DNA from: Candidatus Onthousia faecipullorum
GTDB taxonomy: Bacteria; Bacillota_I; Bacilli_A; RF39; UBA660
NCBI GenBank assembly: GCA_018715925.1
Contig: DVKQ01000002.1
Location: 1 to 44,868, forward strand
Direction of reading: 5' to 3'
Length of the DNA: 44,868 nucleotides
Position numbers and translations under genes: made by a program. A model generated the notes under the pieces. It ran no database searches, was not told the origin of the DNA, and was given only the letters and a program-made list of their open reading frames with translations. This document shows, piece after piece, positions 1 through 7,943 of this stretch (within the stretch, counting starts at the first letter, position 1; every line of letters begins with the position of its first letter).

Positions 1-650
1 ATTTACAAAATAAAGATAAATCTATTGAAGATTTTAAATTCTCATTTAAGAAGATGCCTATAGGTGGAACTTTATTTGATATGGAGAAGTTAAATAATAT
101 TTGTAGAACTTATTTTTCAAGAGTTAGTGCCGATACTATTTATAATGATGCCCTAGACTATTATAAAAAGTATGATAAAGAGTTTTATGATTTAATGGTA
201 AAAGATAAAGATAAGTTAGTTGCTTTCTTAAACATAGAGCGTGATAGTAAAAGACCAAGAAAGGATATTGCAACATATAAAGACATTAAAACAGAAAGTG
301 CCTATATATTTAACGATTTATTCTATAAAGATAGAAACGAAACTTATAAAGATATAGATGAGAAAATCGATTATGATGTTATTAATAAATATATAGAAAT
401 ATATCAAAACTTTGATAGTGAAGATGAGTGGTATAATCAGGTTAAAGTACTTGCCGAAGAAATGGGTTATGCTCCTAGTGTTAAAATGTATAAAGAAGAT
501 TCAACTCTATATAAAGGACATATAGGAGATGTATGTGAAATGATTAGACATCTACTTACTGGTAGAGTTAAGACTCCTAATTTATATCAATTATTAAAAA
601 TTATTGGAATTGATGAATTTAAAAATAGAGTAGAGTTTTATAAGAATTAA
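1..650 (+). CDS. gltX: glutamate--tRNA ligase, C-terminal part (5' end lies outside the window)
   Basis: Frame 3 is open from the window edge into ORF 54..650. The segment FSFKKMPIGGTLFDMEKLNNI resembles the conserved GluRS 'sgaiFD.eKL.w.N' segment and is followed by an anticodon-binding-type tail. Confidence 0.7.
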   Translation, partial: LQNKDKSIEDFKFSFKKMPIGGTLFDMEKLNNICRTYFSRVSADTIYNDALDYYKKYDKEFYDLMVKDKDKLVAFLNIERDSKRPRKDIATYKDIKTESAYIFNDLFYKDRNETYKDIDEKIDYDVINKYIEIYQNFDSEDEWYNQVKVLAEEMGYAPSVKMYKEDSTLYKGHIGDVCEMIRHLLTGRVKTPNLYQLLKIIGIDEFKNRVEFYKN

Positions 651-659
651 AGAGTTAGT

Positions 660-1496
660 TTATTTAAAAATGCTAACTCTTTTTTCATGTTCTTTAAACA
701 TATTTATCCGACTATTAAATTTAGTAATTATTTCATTCTTTAAGTTATTGTCTATTATAAAATCATTTTCTCTTTCAGTTTCTTCTATTATCTTTTCTAT
801 ACCTATAGAGTCTAGTGTATTAAGATAACTATAGAATTTCTCTTTATAAGCAGTATCAGAGTTTTCTATAAATTTATCTAATTTATCTAAATCACTTTTT
901 AAATAATCATCTTCATCTACGCCTAAAGCTGTACTTTTATCAGCTAGTATACTTGATGTATCATATAAAGGAGCGAGTGTTACGGTATTATAACTTTCTA
1001 TTATTTCTATATTTCTTAAAGTTCTATCAGATTCTCCTACTAATAGATCAAACATAAATATATTAGTAATGCCATCCATAAGATTTTTAACAATATTTTT
1101 ATCTTCATATCTATCTTCTAGAGCAAACCAAATATCTTCTAAATTATTTAAACTAGCTAGCTTTCTATAGTCTAATAGCTCATCATCATTGTTTTCGTAA
1201 AAGTAGTTTTGCATTAAGTTATGCAAATTATAACTTTTATCATCATCTTTTAAATAACTTTTATTAAGTAGTCCATATTTATCGTTTAAAATAGCAATAG
1301 ATTCTTTAAGATAAAGTATTCCTAAAAGGAAGGCAATAGTTTTAGAAATCATTTCCATTACTAGTTCTCTATTAGGTACTTCTTTAAAGTAATAAGTATC
1401 ATTATCCATTTTAAAATTGTATATAGTATGGCTTCCTTTAAAATTAGGAATTAAATTATCTTTGTTAATTATTTTATCTAAATTGACCATCTTCAT
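660..1496 (-). CDS. HipA-like (HipA_C kinase-fold) protein, degenerate motif
   Basis: FDLLVGESDRTLRNIEII...LAPLYDTSS resembles the HipA C-terminal motif (GN.DdH.kN ... LaP.YD), but the His is replaced by Thr. No HipB-like partner lies adjacent. Confidence 0.4.
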   Translation of the reverse strand: MKMVNLDKIINKDNLIPNFKGSHTIYNFKMDNDTYYFKEVPNRELVMEMISKTIAFLLGILYLKESIAILNDKYGLLNKSYLKDDDKSYNLHNLMQNYFYENNDDELLDYRKLASLNNLEDIWFALEDRYEDKNIVKNLMDGITNIFMFDLLVGESDRTLRNIEIIESYNTVTLAPLYDTSSILADKSTALGVDEDDYLKSDLDKLDKFIENSDTAYKEKFYSYLNTLDSIGIEKIIEETERENDFIIDNNLKNEIITKFNSRINMFKEHEKRVSIFK

Positions 1497-1590
1497 ATAA
1501 TCACCTATAAATATTTTATCATTAAATTTGTCATGTTAAAAGTGTATTAAAACCATTATAATAGATATACTATTAAAGGATGGTGATAAT

Positions 1591-2901
1591 ATGGAAATTA
1601 AAAGAGAAATACTTGAAGAAATAAGTAATAACTATATACAAGGTATTGAAAATAAAACAGTGAGATGTGCCCTTGTAAACAACAATATAAGAGATATTAT
1701 GAGAAATAAAGAAAGAGAAGGACAACTACTATTTAATTTTTCTATTAACCTTGACACTTTAAAGGCTGTAAATCAAAAAAATGCTAATAATTCTTTTATA
1801 TATGCAGGGTGTAATGTATTAAGAGAGTCTATATGTAAAAAATATGATTTAGAAAATTTTGAAATTTCTCAAAGTTATATATCTTTTTATGATAAATTAG
1901 AAAAATGTAATTATATAATGGAAAGTTTAGCCCAACTTAAAGATAAAGATGCAGATGATAGAGAAAGATACTTTTTATTAATAAAAGGTATAGAGGACGG
2001 TGGAGTTTGGGATTTCTTTTCTAATATTATTAACAAATATGGTTTTGTTCCTAAAACTGCAATGAGTGATACGTATCAAAGTCTTAATCCAGATGAAATG
2101 AATCATCTACTTAACAGAAAATTAAGGCAATTTAATGCAAGATTACTTACTAGTAATGAGAATTTAGATTATTTAAAAAGTTTATATTTAGATGATATTT
2201 ATAGAATACTAGCTTGTTGTTATGGTGTTCCACCAAAAAAGTTTGATTTTGAATATACTGATAAAGATAAAAAATATCATATCATTAAGGGGATTACTCC
2301 TTTAGATTTTTATCATGAATATACTGATATAAACATAAATAACTATGTATGTATTGCTAATGTACCAACAAAAGATAAAACTTTTAATAGAACTTATAGT
2401 GTTAAGTATTTACAAAATGTTATAGAAGGTAAAACACCTATATTTCTTAATCTTCCTATTGAAGAGTTAAAAAAACTTGTAATTAAGCAATTACAAGCCA
2501 AAGAAGTAGTTTGGTTAGGTTGTGATTTTAAAAAAACAATAGATAAAAAAGATGGAGTATTTGATGATATGAGTTTTAATTATTATGATACATTTAAAAC
2601 TGATTTCTTTATGACTAAAGAAGAGGCACTTGATAATTATGAAAGTTCAATGAATCATGCTATGGTAGTTACTGGAGTAAATTTAGAAGATAATAAATCA
2701 ACTAAATGGAAACTTGAGAATAGTTGGGGTGAAGATGTAGGTAATAAAGGATATTTTGTCGCTAGTGATTCTTGGTTTGAAAAGTATGTATATCAAGTAG
2801 TTATTAATAAGAAATATTTAACTCAAGAACAATTAGATGAAATGTCATATGAACCAGTAGAGTTAAAACCATGGGATCCTTTAGGAATGCTTGCTAGATA
2901 A
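1591..2901 (+). CDS. pepC: aminopeptidase C / bleomycin-hydrolase family (C1B) protein with Ser at the catalytic Cys position
   Basis: It aligns end-to-end with PepC as I remember it: NQK....., FE.SQ.Y..F.DK.EK.N, HAMV..GV, WK.ENSWG, GYFVASD.W and a C-terminal PWDP.G.LA. SGRCW is replaced by ANNSF. Confidence 0.8.
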   Translation: MEIKREILEEISNNYIQGIENKTVRCALVNNNIRDIMRNKEREGQLLFNFSINLDTLKAVNQKNANNSFIYAGCNVLRESICKKYDLENFEISQSYISFYDKLEKCNYIMESLAQLKDKDADDRERYFLLIKGIEDGGVWDFFSNIINKYGFVPKTAMSDTYQSLNPDEMNHLLNRKLRQFNARLLTSNENLDYLKSLYLDDIYRILACCYGVPPKKFDFEYTDKDKKYHIIKGITPLDFYHEYTDININNYVCIANVPTKDKTFNRTYSVKYLQNVIEGKTPIFLNLPIEELKKLVIKQLQAKEVVWLGCDFKKTIDKKDGVFDDMSFNYYDTFKTDFFMTKEEALDNYESSMNHAMVVTGVNLEDNKSTKWKLENSWGEDVGNKGYFVASDSWFEKYVYQVVINKKYLTQEQLDEMSYEPVELKPWDPLGMLAR

Positions 2902-2969
2902 TAAACTTTTTGTTGTGATTATTAATAAGTTGATATAAAATAAAAATATAGATAATATGAAACTTTTTG

Positions 2970-2998
2970 TTGACACTAGAATACTTGTTCGTTATAAT
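2970..2998 (+). promoter_or_regulatory. consensus sigma-A promoter with a LexA (Cheo-type) box in the spacer
   Basis: TTGACA (2970-2975), a 17-nt spacer, then TATAAT (2993-2998). The spacer contains aGAATACTTGTTCg (2979-2990), which is one core mismatch from GAAC-N4-GTTC. Confidence 0.55.
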
Positions 2999-3187
2999 AT
3001 ATAACAAAACAAATCATATTATCGAAGATTGGAGGTGCTTCTTTATGGCTTTTTTACTAAAATAAGGAGAGAAGCAACACCTAGTAAAGATAAAGATGAT
3101 ACGATTATACCAATTAAATGGTCTAAAAAAGTTCTTACTAAAAAGAAAAAAGCTATAGTAAATAAAATGGATGTGTAGGTGATTAAT

Positions 3188-3445
3188 ATGTGCAAAGTTG
3201 GTGATGTTATAGTAATAGACAAATATATTAGTGATGATGGGACAGTGTTATCACGTCATTTCTTTGTCGTAATTGATGATAATATTGATGAAATTAAAGG
3301 TTTAAAATATGATTTTGTTGCTAATGTTATGTCAAGTTTTAAAGATGAAAAACATAAACATAGAAAATTAAAGTATAAAGAAAATGTTGGAGTCACTAGC
3401 GATGATATAATTTCAGATAATAAAAATATTGAAGCTATTGTATAA
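3188..3445 (+). CDS. hypothetical protein; weak resemblance to the N-terminal part of long PemK/MazF-like proteins, apparently truncated
   Basis: The ATG at 3188 sits 4 nt after AGGTGAT. KVGDVIVIDKY..DG..LSRHFFVVIDD resembles the SH3-like start of MazF/PemK-fold proteins, and the ORF ends after 85 aa. Confidence 0.3.
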   Translation: MCKVGDVIVIDKYISDDGTVLSRHFFVVIDDNIDEIKGLKYDFVANVMSSFKDEKHKHRKLKYKENVGVTSDDIISDNKNIEAIV

Positions 3446-3477
3446 TGCTTTAAACAATACAGAAAGAAGGAAGTAAT

Positions 3478-4101
3478 ATGAGAGATGAATTAATGTACCC
3501 TAGAGCTTTTGCTCTAATGCCTGTACCTGTAGAAATGGCTTATAATAAAGCGGATTTTAAAGTTTATGACGGTGTATACTGCTATGTTGTATCTCCTTGC
3601 TATATTGTTAGAAGATGTACAGACTATATGCAAGATGAATATGGTATTGAAAATGATGGCTTTGAAGTCGTTTTCCCACGAAAATATTTAGGCGAACAAT
3701 TTGAGTTTAATAAAAGGACAATACCTGGAAAAAAATTAGATATAGTTCCTGAATTGTATCCTTCTGTTTCATATATTAATAGGAGAAAAAAATATAAAAA
3801 TACTATTTTTCTTGATTATAATCAGTTAACAGAAGATTATGAAGAAGCTATAAAAATACGTGATAGAGAAAATCATAAGTTAGTAATGAAACACATAATA
3901 AATCACGATTGTTTGTGTATTGATAGAAGTTGTGTAGACGATGATGCCTATAAAGATGCAATTAATGATAAGGCGACTGAAAAAATTGCTATATATAATG
4001 AAGAAGTAAATAAATATCAAGAAGAATTAAACAAATTAGAACCTAAAGAACAAGTAAATAAAACAGGTCTTATAGTGAAAAAATATATAATAAGGAAGTA
4101 G
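3478..4101 (+). CDS. hypothetical protein, paralog A of a tandem pair
   Basis: SD is GAAGGAAG. It shares MRDEL.YP.AFAL, VSPCY, YEEAIK.RD and KYQ..LN..EPKEQV blocks with ORF 4109..4615. Confidence 0.6.
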   Translation: MRDELMYPRAFALMPVPVEMAYNKADFKVYDGVYCYVVSPCYIVRRCTDYMQDEYGIENDGFEVVFPRKYLGEQFEFNKRTIPGKKLDIVPELYPSVSYINRRKKYKNTIFLDYNQLTEDYEEAIKIRDRENHKLVMKHIINHDCLCIDRSCVDDDAYKDAINDKATEKIAIYNEEVNKYQEELNKLEPKEQVNKTGLIVKKYIIRK

Positions 4102-4108
4102 AATTAAT

Positions 4109-4615
4109 ATGAGAGATGAATTAAAGTATCCTAAAGCCTTTGCTCTTCAGAAAATGGTAAAAAAAGCATGTATAAAATATAATAGTTTTGATGAAATATT
4201 AGGTTATATAGTTTCTCCATGCTATTTAATAGAAGAAAATTTATTATATGATAAAGATGGTAATAGTCGTAAAGAATATAAGGTTGTATTTCCTAGGAGT
4301 GTAGATAGTATATACTATGATTATATTGATAGAGATTATAAACCAGATATTAATATTTATGGAGAATGTAAAAATGCAGTTACAGTTGACTTTATAACAT
4401 ATGATTATGAAGAAGCGATTAAATTAAGAGATGAAAAGATAAGAGATAGGGTATTTAATGGAACAAATTTACTTTTACCAATAGAACCTATTGAAACTTA
4501 TAATGATAGATGTACTGAATATATGGAGAAAATTGAAAAATATCAACAAAGGCTTAATGAAGCTGAACCTAAAGAACAAGTGAAGAGAAAAATAAAAACA
4601 CCTGCAAAGTTGTAG
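4109..4615 (+). CDS. hypothetical protein, paralog B of a tandem pair
   Basis: Same conserved blocks as ORF 3478..4101. It starts 7 nt after the stop of paralog A. Confidence 0.6.
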   Translation: MRDELKYPKAFALQKMVKKACIKYNSFDEILGYIVSPCYLIEENLLYDKDGNSRKEYKVVFPRSVDSIYYDYIDRDYKPDINIYGECKNAVTVDFITYDYEEAIKLRDEKIRDRVFNGTNLLLPIEPIETYNDRCTEYMEKIEKYQQRLNEAEPKEQVKRKIKTPAKL

Positions 4616-4620
4616 GTGTT
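4597..4620 (-). terminator. rho-independent terminator of the native tRNA locus (minus strand)
   Basis: Hairpin AACACCT/AGGTGTT, followed on the minus strand by TTTTTATTTT. It lies 11 nt from the displaced tRNA 3' end copy. Confidence 0.55.
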
Positions 4621-4631
4621 AAATACTTTAT

Positions 4632-4646
4632 TGGTAGCCTGTACGG
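4632..4646. repeat. attL core (duplicated tRNA 3' end)
   Basis: TGGTAGCCTGTACGG is identical to 39234..39248. It is the reverse complement of the last 15 nt (CCGTACAGGCTACCA) of the tRNA. Confidence 0.8.
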
Positions 4647-4684
4647 CAATTTGCGACTATTGAAAAATAAGGGATTATAATACA

Positions 4685-4698
4685 TTTTGTGGTAAACC
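4685..4698. repeat. arm-type repeat TTTTGTGGTAAACC (copy 1)
   Basis: The same 14-mer recurs at 39135..39148. Both copies lie just inside the prophage ends, so they are candidate integrase arm-binding sites. Confidence 0.4.
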
Positions 4699-4732
4699 AG
4701 TGATTTTTTACCTCTTTTTTTGCCGATTTTTA

Positions 4733-5728
4733 CTAAATTTTATTAACTTCTCTGGTTAGTTCTTCTATCAATTTATGAGTATAAACTCGCTTAGTTAGAT
4801 CGGATATCCTATGTCCCATTATTAACTTGATAGAGTGTTCATCTGCTTTAACTCTAGCCATAAGTGTAGCGAATGTATGACGACAATCATAAGGGGTATG
4901 ATTACTCATGTCTAGTTCTTTTAGCTCACGTTTCCAAATTTGATAGAGACTATCTTGGCTACTATATCTTTCAAATCTTCTATTATTTATCAAGTCGTGA
5001 AAAATATCTTTAATTTTGTCGTTAAGAGGAACAACTCTATTTTTCCCTGACTCAGTCTTTAAACCTGTTACAAAATAATCTTCGTGTACTTCACTAATTA
5101 CAAGTAATTCTCCAGGTCTTACCCCAGTATAAATATCAACTAATATTTCATCAACGACATCATTTCTATTATTCCATAATTTTTCTATTTCTTCATCAGT
5201 AAATGGTTTGTGCTTATCAGATTCTACTTTTTTAGGCAATATTACCAATAAAGAGGCTTTATTTTTTAACTTTATATTAATACCTTTAGCATATTCGTAC
5301 ATTTGATTATACATATTTATTATCTTGCCACAATATTCTGAAGTGCAGTTAGCATTATCTACTATATCCTGTAAATCTCTACTGGTAATATCTTCAAATG
5401 CTTTATTTTCTAGGTGTTTATAATGTTTATAATAATTTTTATAAAGTTTTAATGTATTTTCAGCCATACCAGCTTTTTCTTTATATTTGTACCATAAATT
5501 AAATAAGTACTCAAATGAAACACCAACTAGATCTAGATCAAATAATTCATCGTGATATCTTGCTAGCATTTGTTTACCTTCAGCTCTTGTTCTAGCATAT
5601 CCTATCGTTTTCTTTATAGGTTTACCTTCGTCAGTCCAGTCAACAAATACTTGAACACGATAAGGTTTTCTTCTTCTTGATTTTCTATCAATTATAGATA
5701 CTGTTCCATATCCATTAGGATTTTTCAT
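4733..5728 (-). CDS. int: tyrosine recombinase / phage integrase
   Basis: RPGELL, HTPYDCRHTFATLM and GHRISDLTKRVYTH give the R...HxxR...H..Y catalytic pattern. An N-terminal SAM-like region is present, and the gene is adjacent to attL. Confidence 0.9.
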   Translation of the reverse strand: MKNPNGYGTVSIIDRKSRRRKPYRVQVFVDWTDEGKPIKKTIGYARTRAEGKQMLARYHDELFDLDLVGVSFEYLFNLWYKYKEKAGMAENTLKLYKNYYKHYKHLENKAFEDITSRDLQDIVDNANCTSEYCGKIINMYNQMYEYAKGINIKLKNKASLLVILPKKVESDKHKPFTDEEIEKLWNNRNDVVDEILVDIYTGVRPGELLVISEVHEDYFVTGLKTESGKNRVVPLNDKIKDIFHDLINNRRFERYSSQDSLYQIWKRELKELDMSNHTPYDCRHTFATLMARVKADEHSIKLIMGHRISDLTKRVYTHKLIEELTREVNKI

Positions 5729-5763
5729 ATTCCACCTCCCTGTATAAAAAAAGAGCTATGCTC

Positions 5764-6012
5764 TTATACTTGCCAAGTATTTCCACAATCTTGACACACA
5801 TACATCTTTTTTGTAACGTTTTTAATTTTCTTTCTTTTACCAATAAATATCGCAGCAAATAGGGCAGGGATAGTTAAGAATAACCACTTAATTGGTATCC
5901 ACAACCAACCAATACATATCCACCAAATTATACTATGATGTTTTGTAACTAATTGTCCTTCATTTACTACTTGTATATTTACATTTTCACTACCGCATTT
6001 TTTACACTTCAT
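5764..6012 (-). CDS. small membrane protein with split zinc ribbon (CxxC...TM-TM...CxxC)
   Basis: KCKKCGS at the N-terminus, two hydrophobic helices, and CQDCGN at the C-terminus. It sits in the lysogeny module, a common moron or exclusion position. Confidence 0.5.
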   Translation of the reverse strand: MKCKKCGSENVNIQVVNEGQLVTKHHSIIWWICIGWLWIPIKWLFLTIPALFAAIFIGKRKKIKNVTKKMYVCQDCGNTWQV

Positions 6013-6015
6013 TTT

Positions 6016-6336
6016 TTACTCCTTTTCTAATAAAAAATTAACATATCTATCTGCTTCATCTTCTAAACCCTCAATTTTATATTCGAATACTTCTTTATCC
6101 CAGTGTTTAAGTTCAAAGTGGGCTAGTTCATGCAGAATAGTCTTTTTCTTTTTATAATTTGATAGGCTTTTATTTATTGCAATAAGAAATACATCTTTAT
6201 GCTTATAAATAAGACCATAAACATAGCTAGGGAGACTAACATACCTTAATTCTATATTGTTAAGATACATATACTCATTTTGGTCTATTTCTCCCTCTAA
6301 TAAAGCTAATAACACTACATATCCATCTCCCTCCAT
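6016..6336 (-). CDS. ImmA/IrrE-family zinc metallopeptidase (anti-repressor protease)
   Basis: HELAHFELKH is an HExxH motif. The ORF is small and lies immediately downstream of the XRE repressor, the same layout as ImmR-ImmA pairs. Confidence 0.7.
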   Translation of the reverse strand: MEGDGYVVLLALLEGEIDQNEYMYLNNIELRYVSLPSYVYGLIYKHKDVFLIAINKSLSNYKKKKTILHELAHFELKHWDKEVFEYKIEGLEDEADRYVNFLLEKE

Positions 6337-6378
6337 ATCTTTTGAATTTTATATAAAAAGCACGGATACTGCATTGTG

Positions 6379-6756
6379 CTAATTATCTCTATTATCTACA
6401 TCATTAATAAAAGCTTCAATTACTTTAAGGACTGCTTCTTTATCTCTATCGTTTTTTAGCTCAGAAGCTTTGCTGTAAAGAGCTTTATTTAATGGGTCAG
6501 TTAAGCCAGTTGCAAGCGATTGTACTAGTTCTTTATTTTTTTCCTCAACTTTAATATCTTTGAGGTCATTACCAAGTAAGTAATCAATAGAAACATTTAA
6601 TTTCTCTGCAATAGTAACTAAAGTATCATAGTCGGGTTGAGTAACATTGTTACACCAACGATTTATAGCTGGGGGCGTAAGCCCTAACTCTTTAGCAAAT
6701 TGCATTTGAGAAATGTTTTTGCTTTCTAAGATTTTTTTTAATCTTTCTCCAAACAT
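6379..6756 (-). CDS. XRE-family phage repressor (CI/ImmR-like)
   Basis: N-terminal HTH: LKKILESKNISQMQFAKELGLTPPAINRWCNN...LVTIAEKLNVSIDYLLG. It is divergent from a cro-like gene. Confidence 0.85.
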   Translation of the reverse strand: MFGERLKKILESKNISQMQFAKELGLTPPAINRWCNNVTQPDYDTLVTIAEKLNVSIDYLLGNDLKDIKVEEKNKELVQSLATGLTDPLNKALYSKASELKNDRDKEAVLKVIEAFINDVDNRDN

Positions 6757-6783
6757 TTTTTTCCCTCACTTTCTTACATTCTA

Positions 6784-6864
6784 TAACAAATTGTTAAAAA
6801 AATGAATATAAATTAAATAAAATGCAATTTTTATATTGACATTAACAAAATGTTATAGTATTAT
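6784..6864. promoter_or_regulatory. lysis-lysogeny switch: two palindromic operators and a rightward promoter
   Basis: TAACAAATTGTTA (6784-6796) and TAACAAAATGTTA (6843-6855) share TAACA/TGTTA half-sites. The second lies in the 17-nt spacer of TTGACA (6836) ... TATTAT (6859). Confidence 0.5.
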
Positions 6865-7233
6865 TAAATTGTAATCAAGAAGAAATGCAATTAAAAGATT
6901 ACAAAAAAGAAATCAAGCCCAGTCGCCAAACTAACTTGATTTCCAAAACAACTTATCCAAAAAAGGACTGTGGGGAAGATAAGCTTAAATAAAGCCTTAT
7001 TTATTAATATCATTTGAAACATTAATAGTTACATTATAAACATTAACAGTTATTAATGAACTAGTAATGATTTCTAATAGCTTTAGCAAAACTTTCCTCT
7101 TTATTCCACCTCCTTTCTGCAAAATAGAGATGGAACCCACAAGAGTTAATATATGCCTTTGGCATTCCTCCTTTCCTTTTTGGATATAAAAATTATATAA
7201 CTTTTTGTTTTAAAAATCAAGGGAGGTGAAAGA

Positions 7234-7425
7234 TTGAAAAGAAGAGATTGGCTAATTAAAAAACGTGAAGAAAAAGGAATGTCACAGTCAGAGGTTGCTA
7301 GATTAGTAAACATCACTTCTCCAATGTATAACTACATTGAAAGCGGTAAACGAAGACCTAAACCAGAATTAGCCAAGAAAATAGCAGATATTTTAAATTT
7401 TAGCTGGACTAGGTTTTATGAGTAA
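7234..7425 (+). CDS. Cro-like XRE-family HTH regulator
   Basis: TTG start 4 nt after GGGAGGTGA. HTH: MSQSEVARLVNITSPMYNYIESGKRRP. Confidence 0.75.
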   Translation: MKRRDWLIKKREEKGMSQSEVARLVNITSPMYNYIESGKRRPKPELAKKIADILNFSWTRFYE

Positions 7426-7438
7426 AGGAGGTGAGAAC

Positions 7439-7660
7439 GTGAATATTACAGTAAAAGAAGCAGCTAAGCTTATGGGTGTGTCTCCACAGTTCGTAAGAAT
7501 TCAAATGCAAAGGAATTTATTACCAATAGGAAGTGTTAAAAAGAACCCACAGGGTAAGTGTAGATATTACATAAGTCCAAAGCTTTTCGAAGAGTACACA
7601 GGAATTAAAGTAACAAAAAAAGAGAATATCGAAGCTACCAACTCTGAAAATTCTCTTTAA
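7439..7660 (+). CDS. HTH DNA-binding protein (excisionase/MerR-like fold)
   Basis: The GTG at 7439 is preceded by AAGGAGGTGAGAAC, which is a better site than the ATG at 7418. ITVKEAAKLMGVSPQFVRIQMQRNLLP is typical of Xis/AlpA-type HTH proteins. Confidence 0.5.
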   Translation: MNITVKEAAKLMGVSPQFVRIQMQRNLLPIGSVKKNPQGKCRYYISPKLFEEYTGIKVTKKENIEATNSENSL

Positions 7661-7740
7661 AATGAAAAATCTTATTAAGTTTTTTCGGCTTTATTATAAC
7701 ATTTTATCGAACAAAAATCAATAAAAAGGAGGAATTTTAA

Positions 7741-7932
7741 ATGACAGAAAGTCAAAAAATGTTAGAGATATTACATGAAAATAAAAGAAGAGTAAGAGAA
7801 GAAAATTTAAACAAGAAAAAGGAAAGTAAAATAGATACAATTTTATCTTATATCGTTCTATTTGGTGGAGCTACTATATTTTCTTTAGGTATTATGACTT
7901 TAATCTCTGTAATTGAGAATTTACCACTATAA
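7741..7932 (+). CDS. small membrane protein, unknown function
   Basis: SD is AAAGGAGGA. A C-terminal hydrophobic helix is present (ILSYIVLFGGATIFSLGIMTLISVI). Confidence 0.5.
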   Translation: MTESQKMLEILHENKRRVREENLNKKKESKIDTILSYIVLFGGATIFSLGIMTLISVIENLPL

Positions 7933-7943
7933 GAGGTGCATAT

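Noticed and set aside
2903-2972. The 13-bp direct repeat AAACTTTTTGTTG (2903 and 2960) as a second att pair or island boundary.
   Set aside because: The copies are only about 45 bp apart, one overlaps the -35 element, and nothing mobile is enclosed. It is probably chance or a promoter-region duplication.
7061-7165. The 34-aa ATG ORF (MPKAYINSCGFHLYFAERRWNKEESFAKAIRNHY) on the minus strand in the switch region.
   Set aside because: The SD core abuts the ATG (poor spacing), there is no recognisable motif, and it overlaps another candidate frame. It is left as a note under the switch-region finding rather than annotated.
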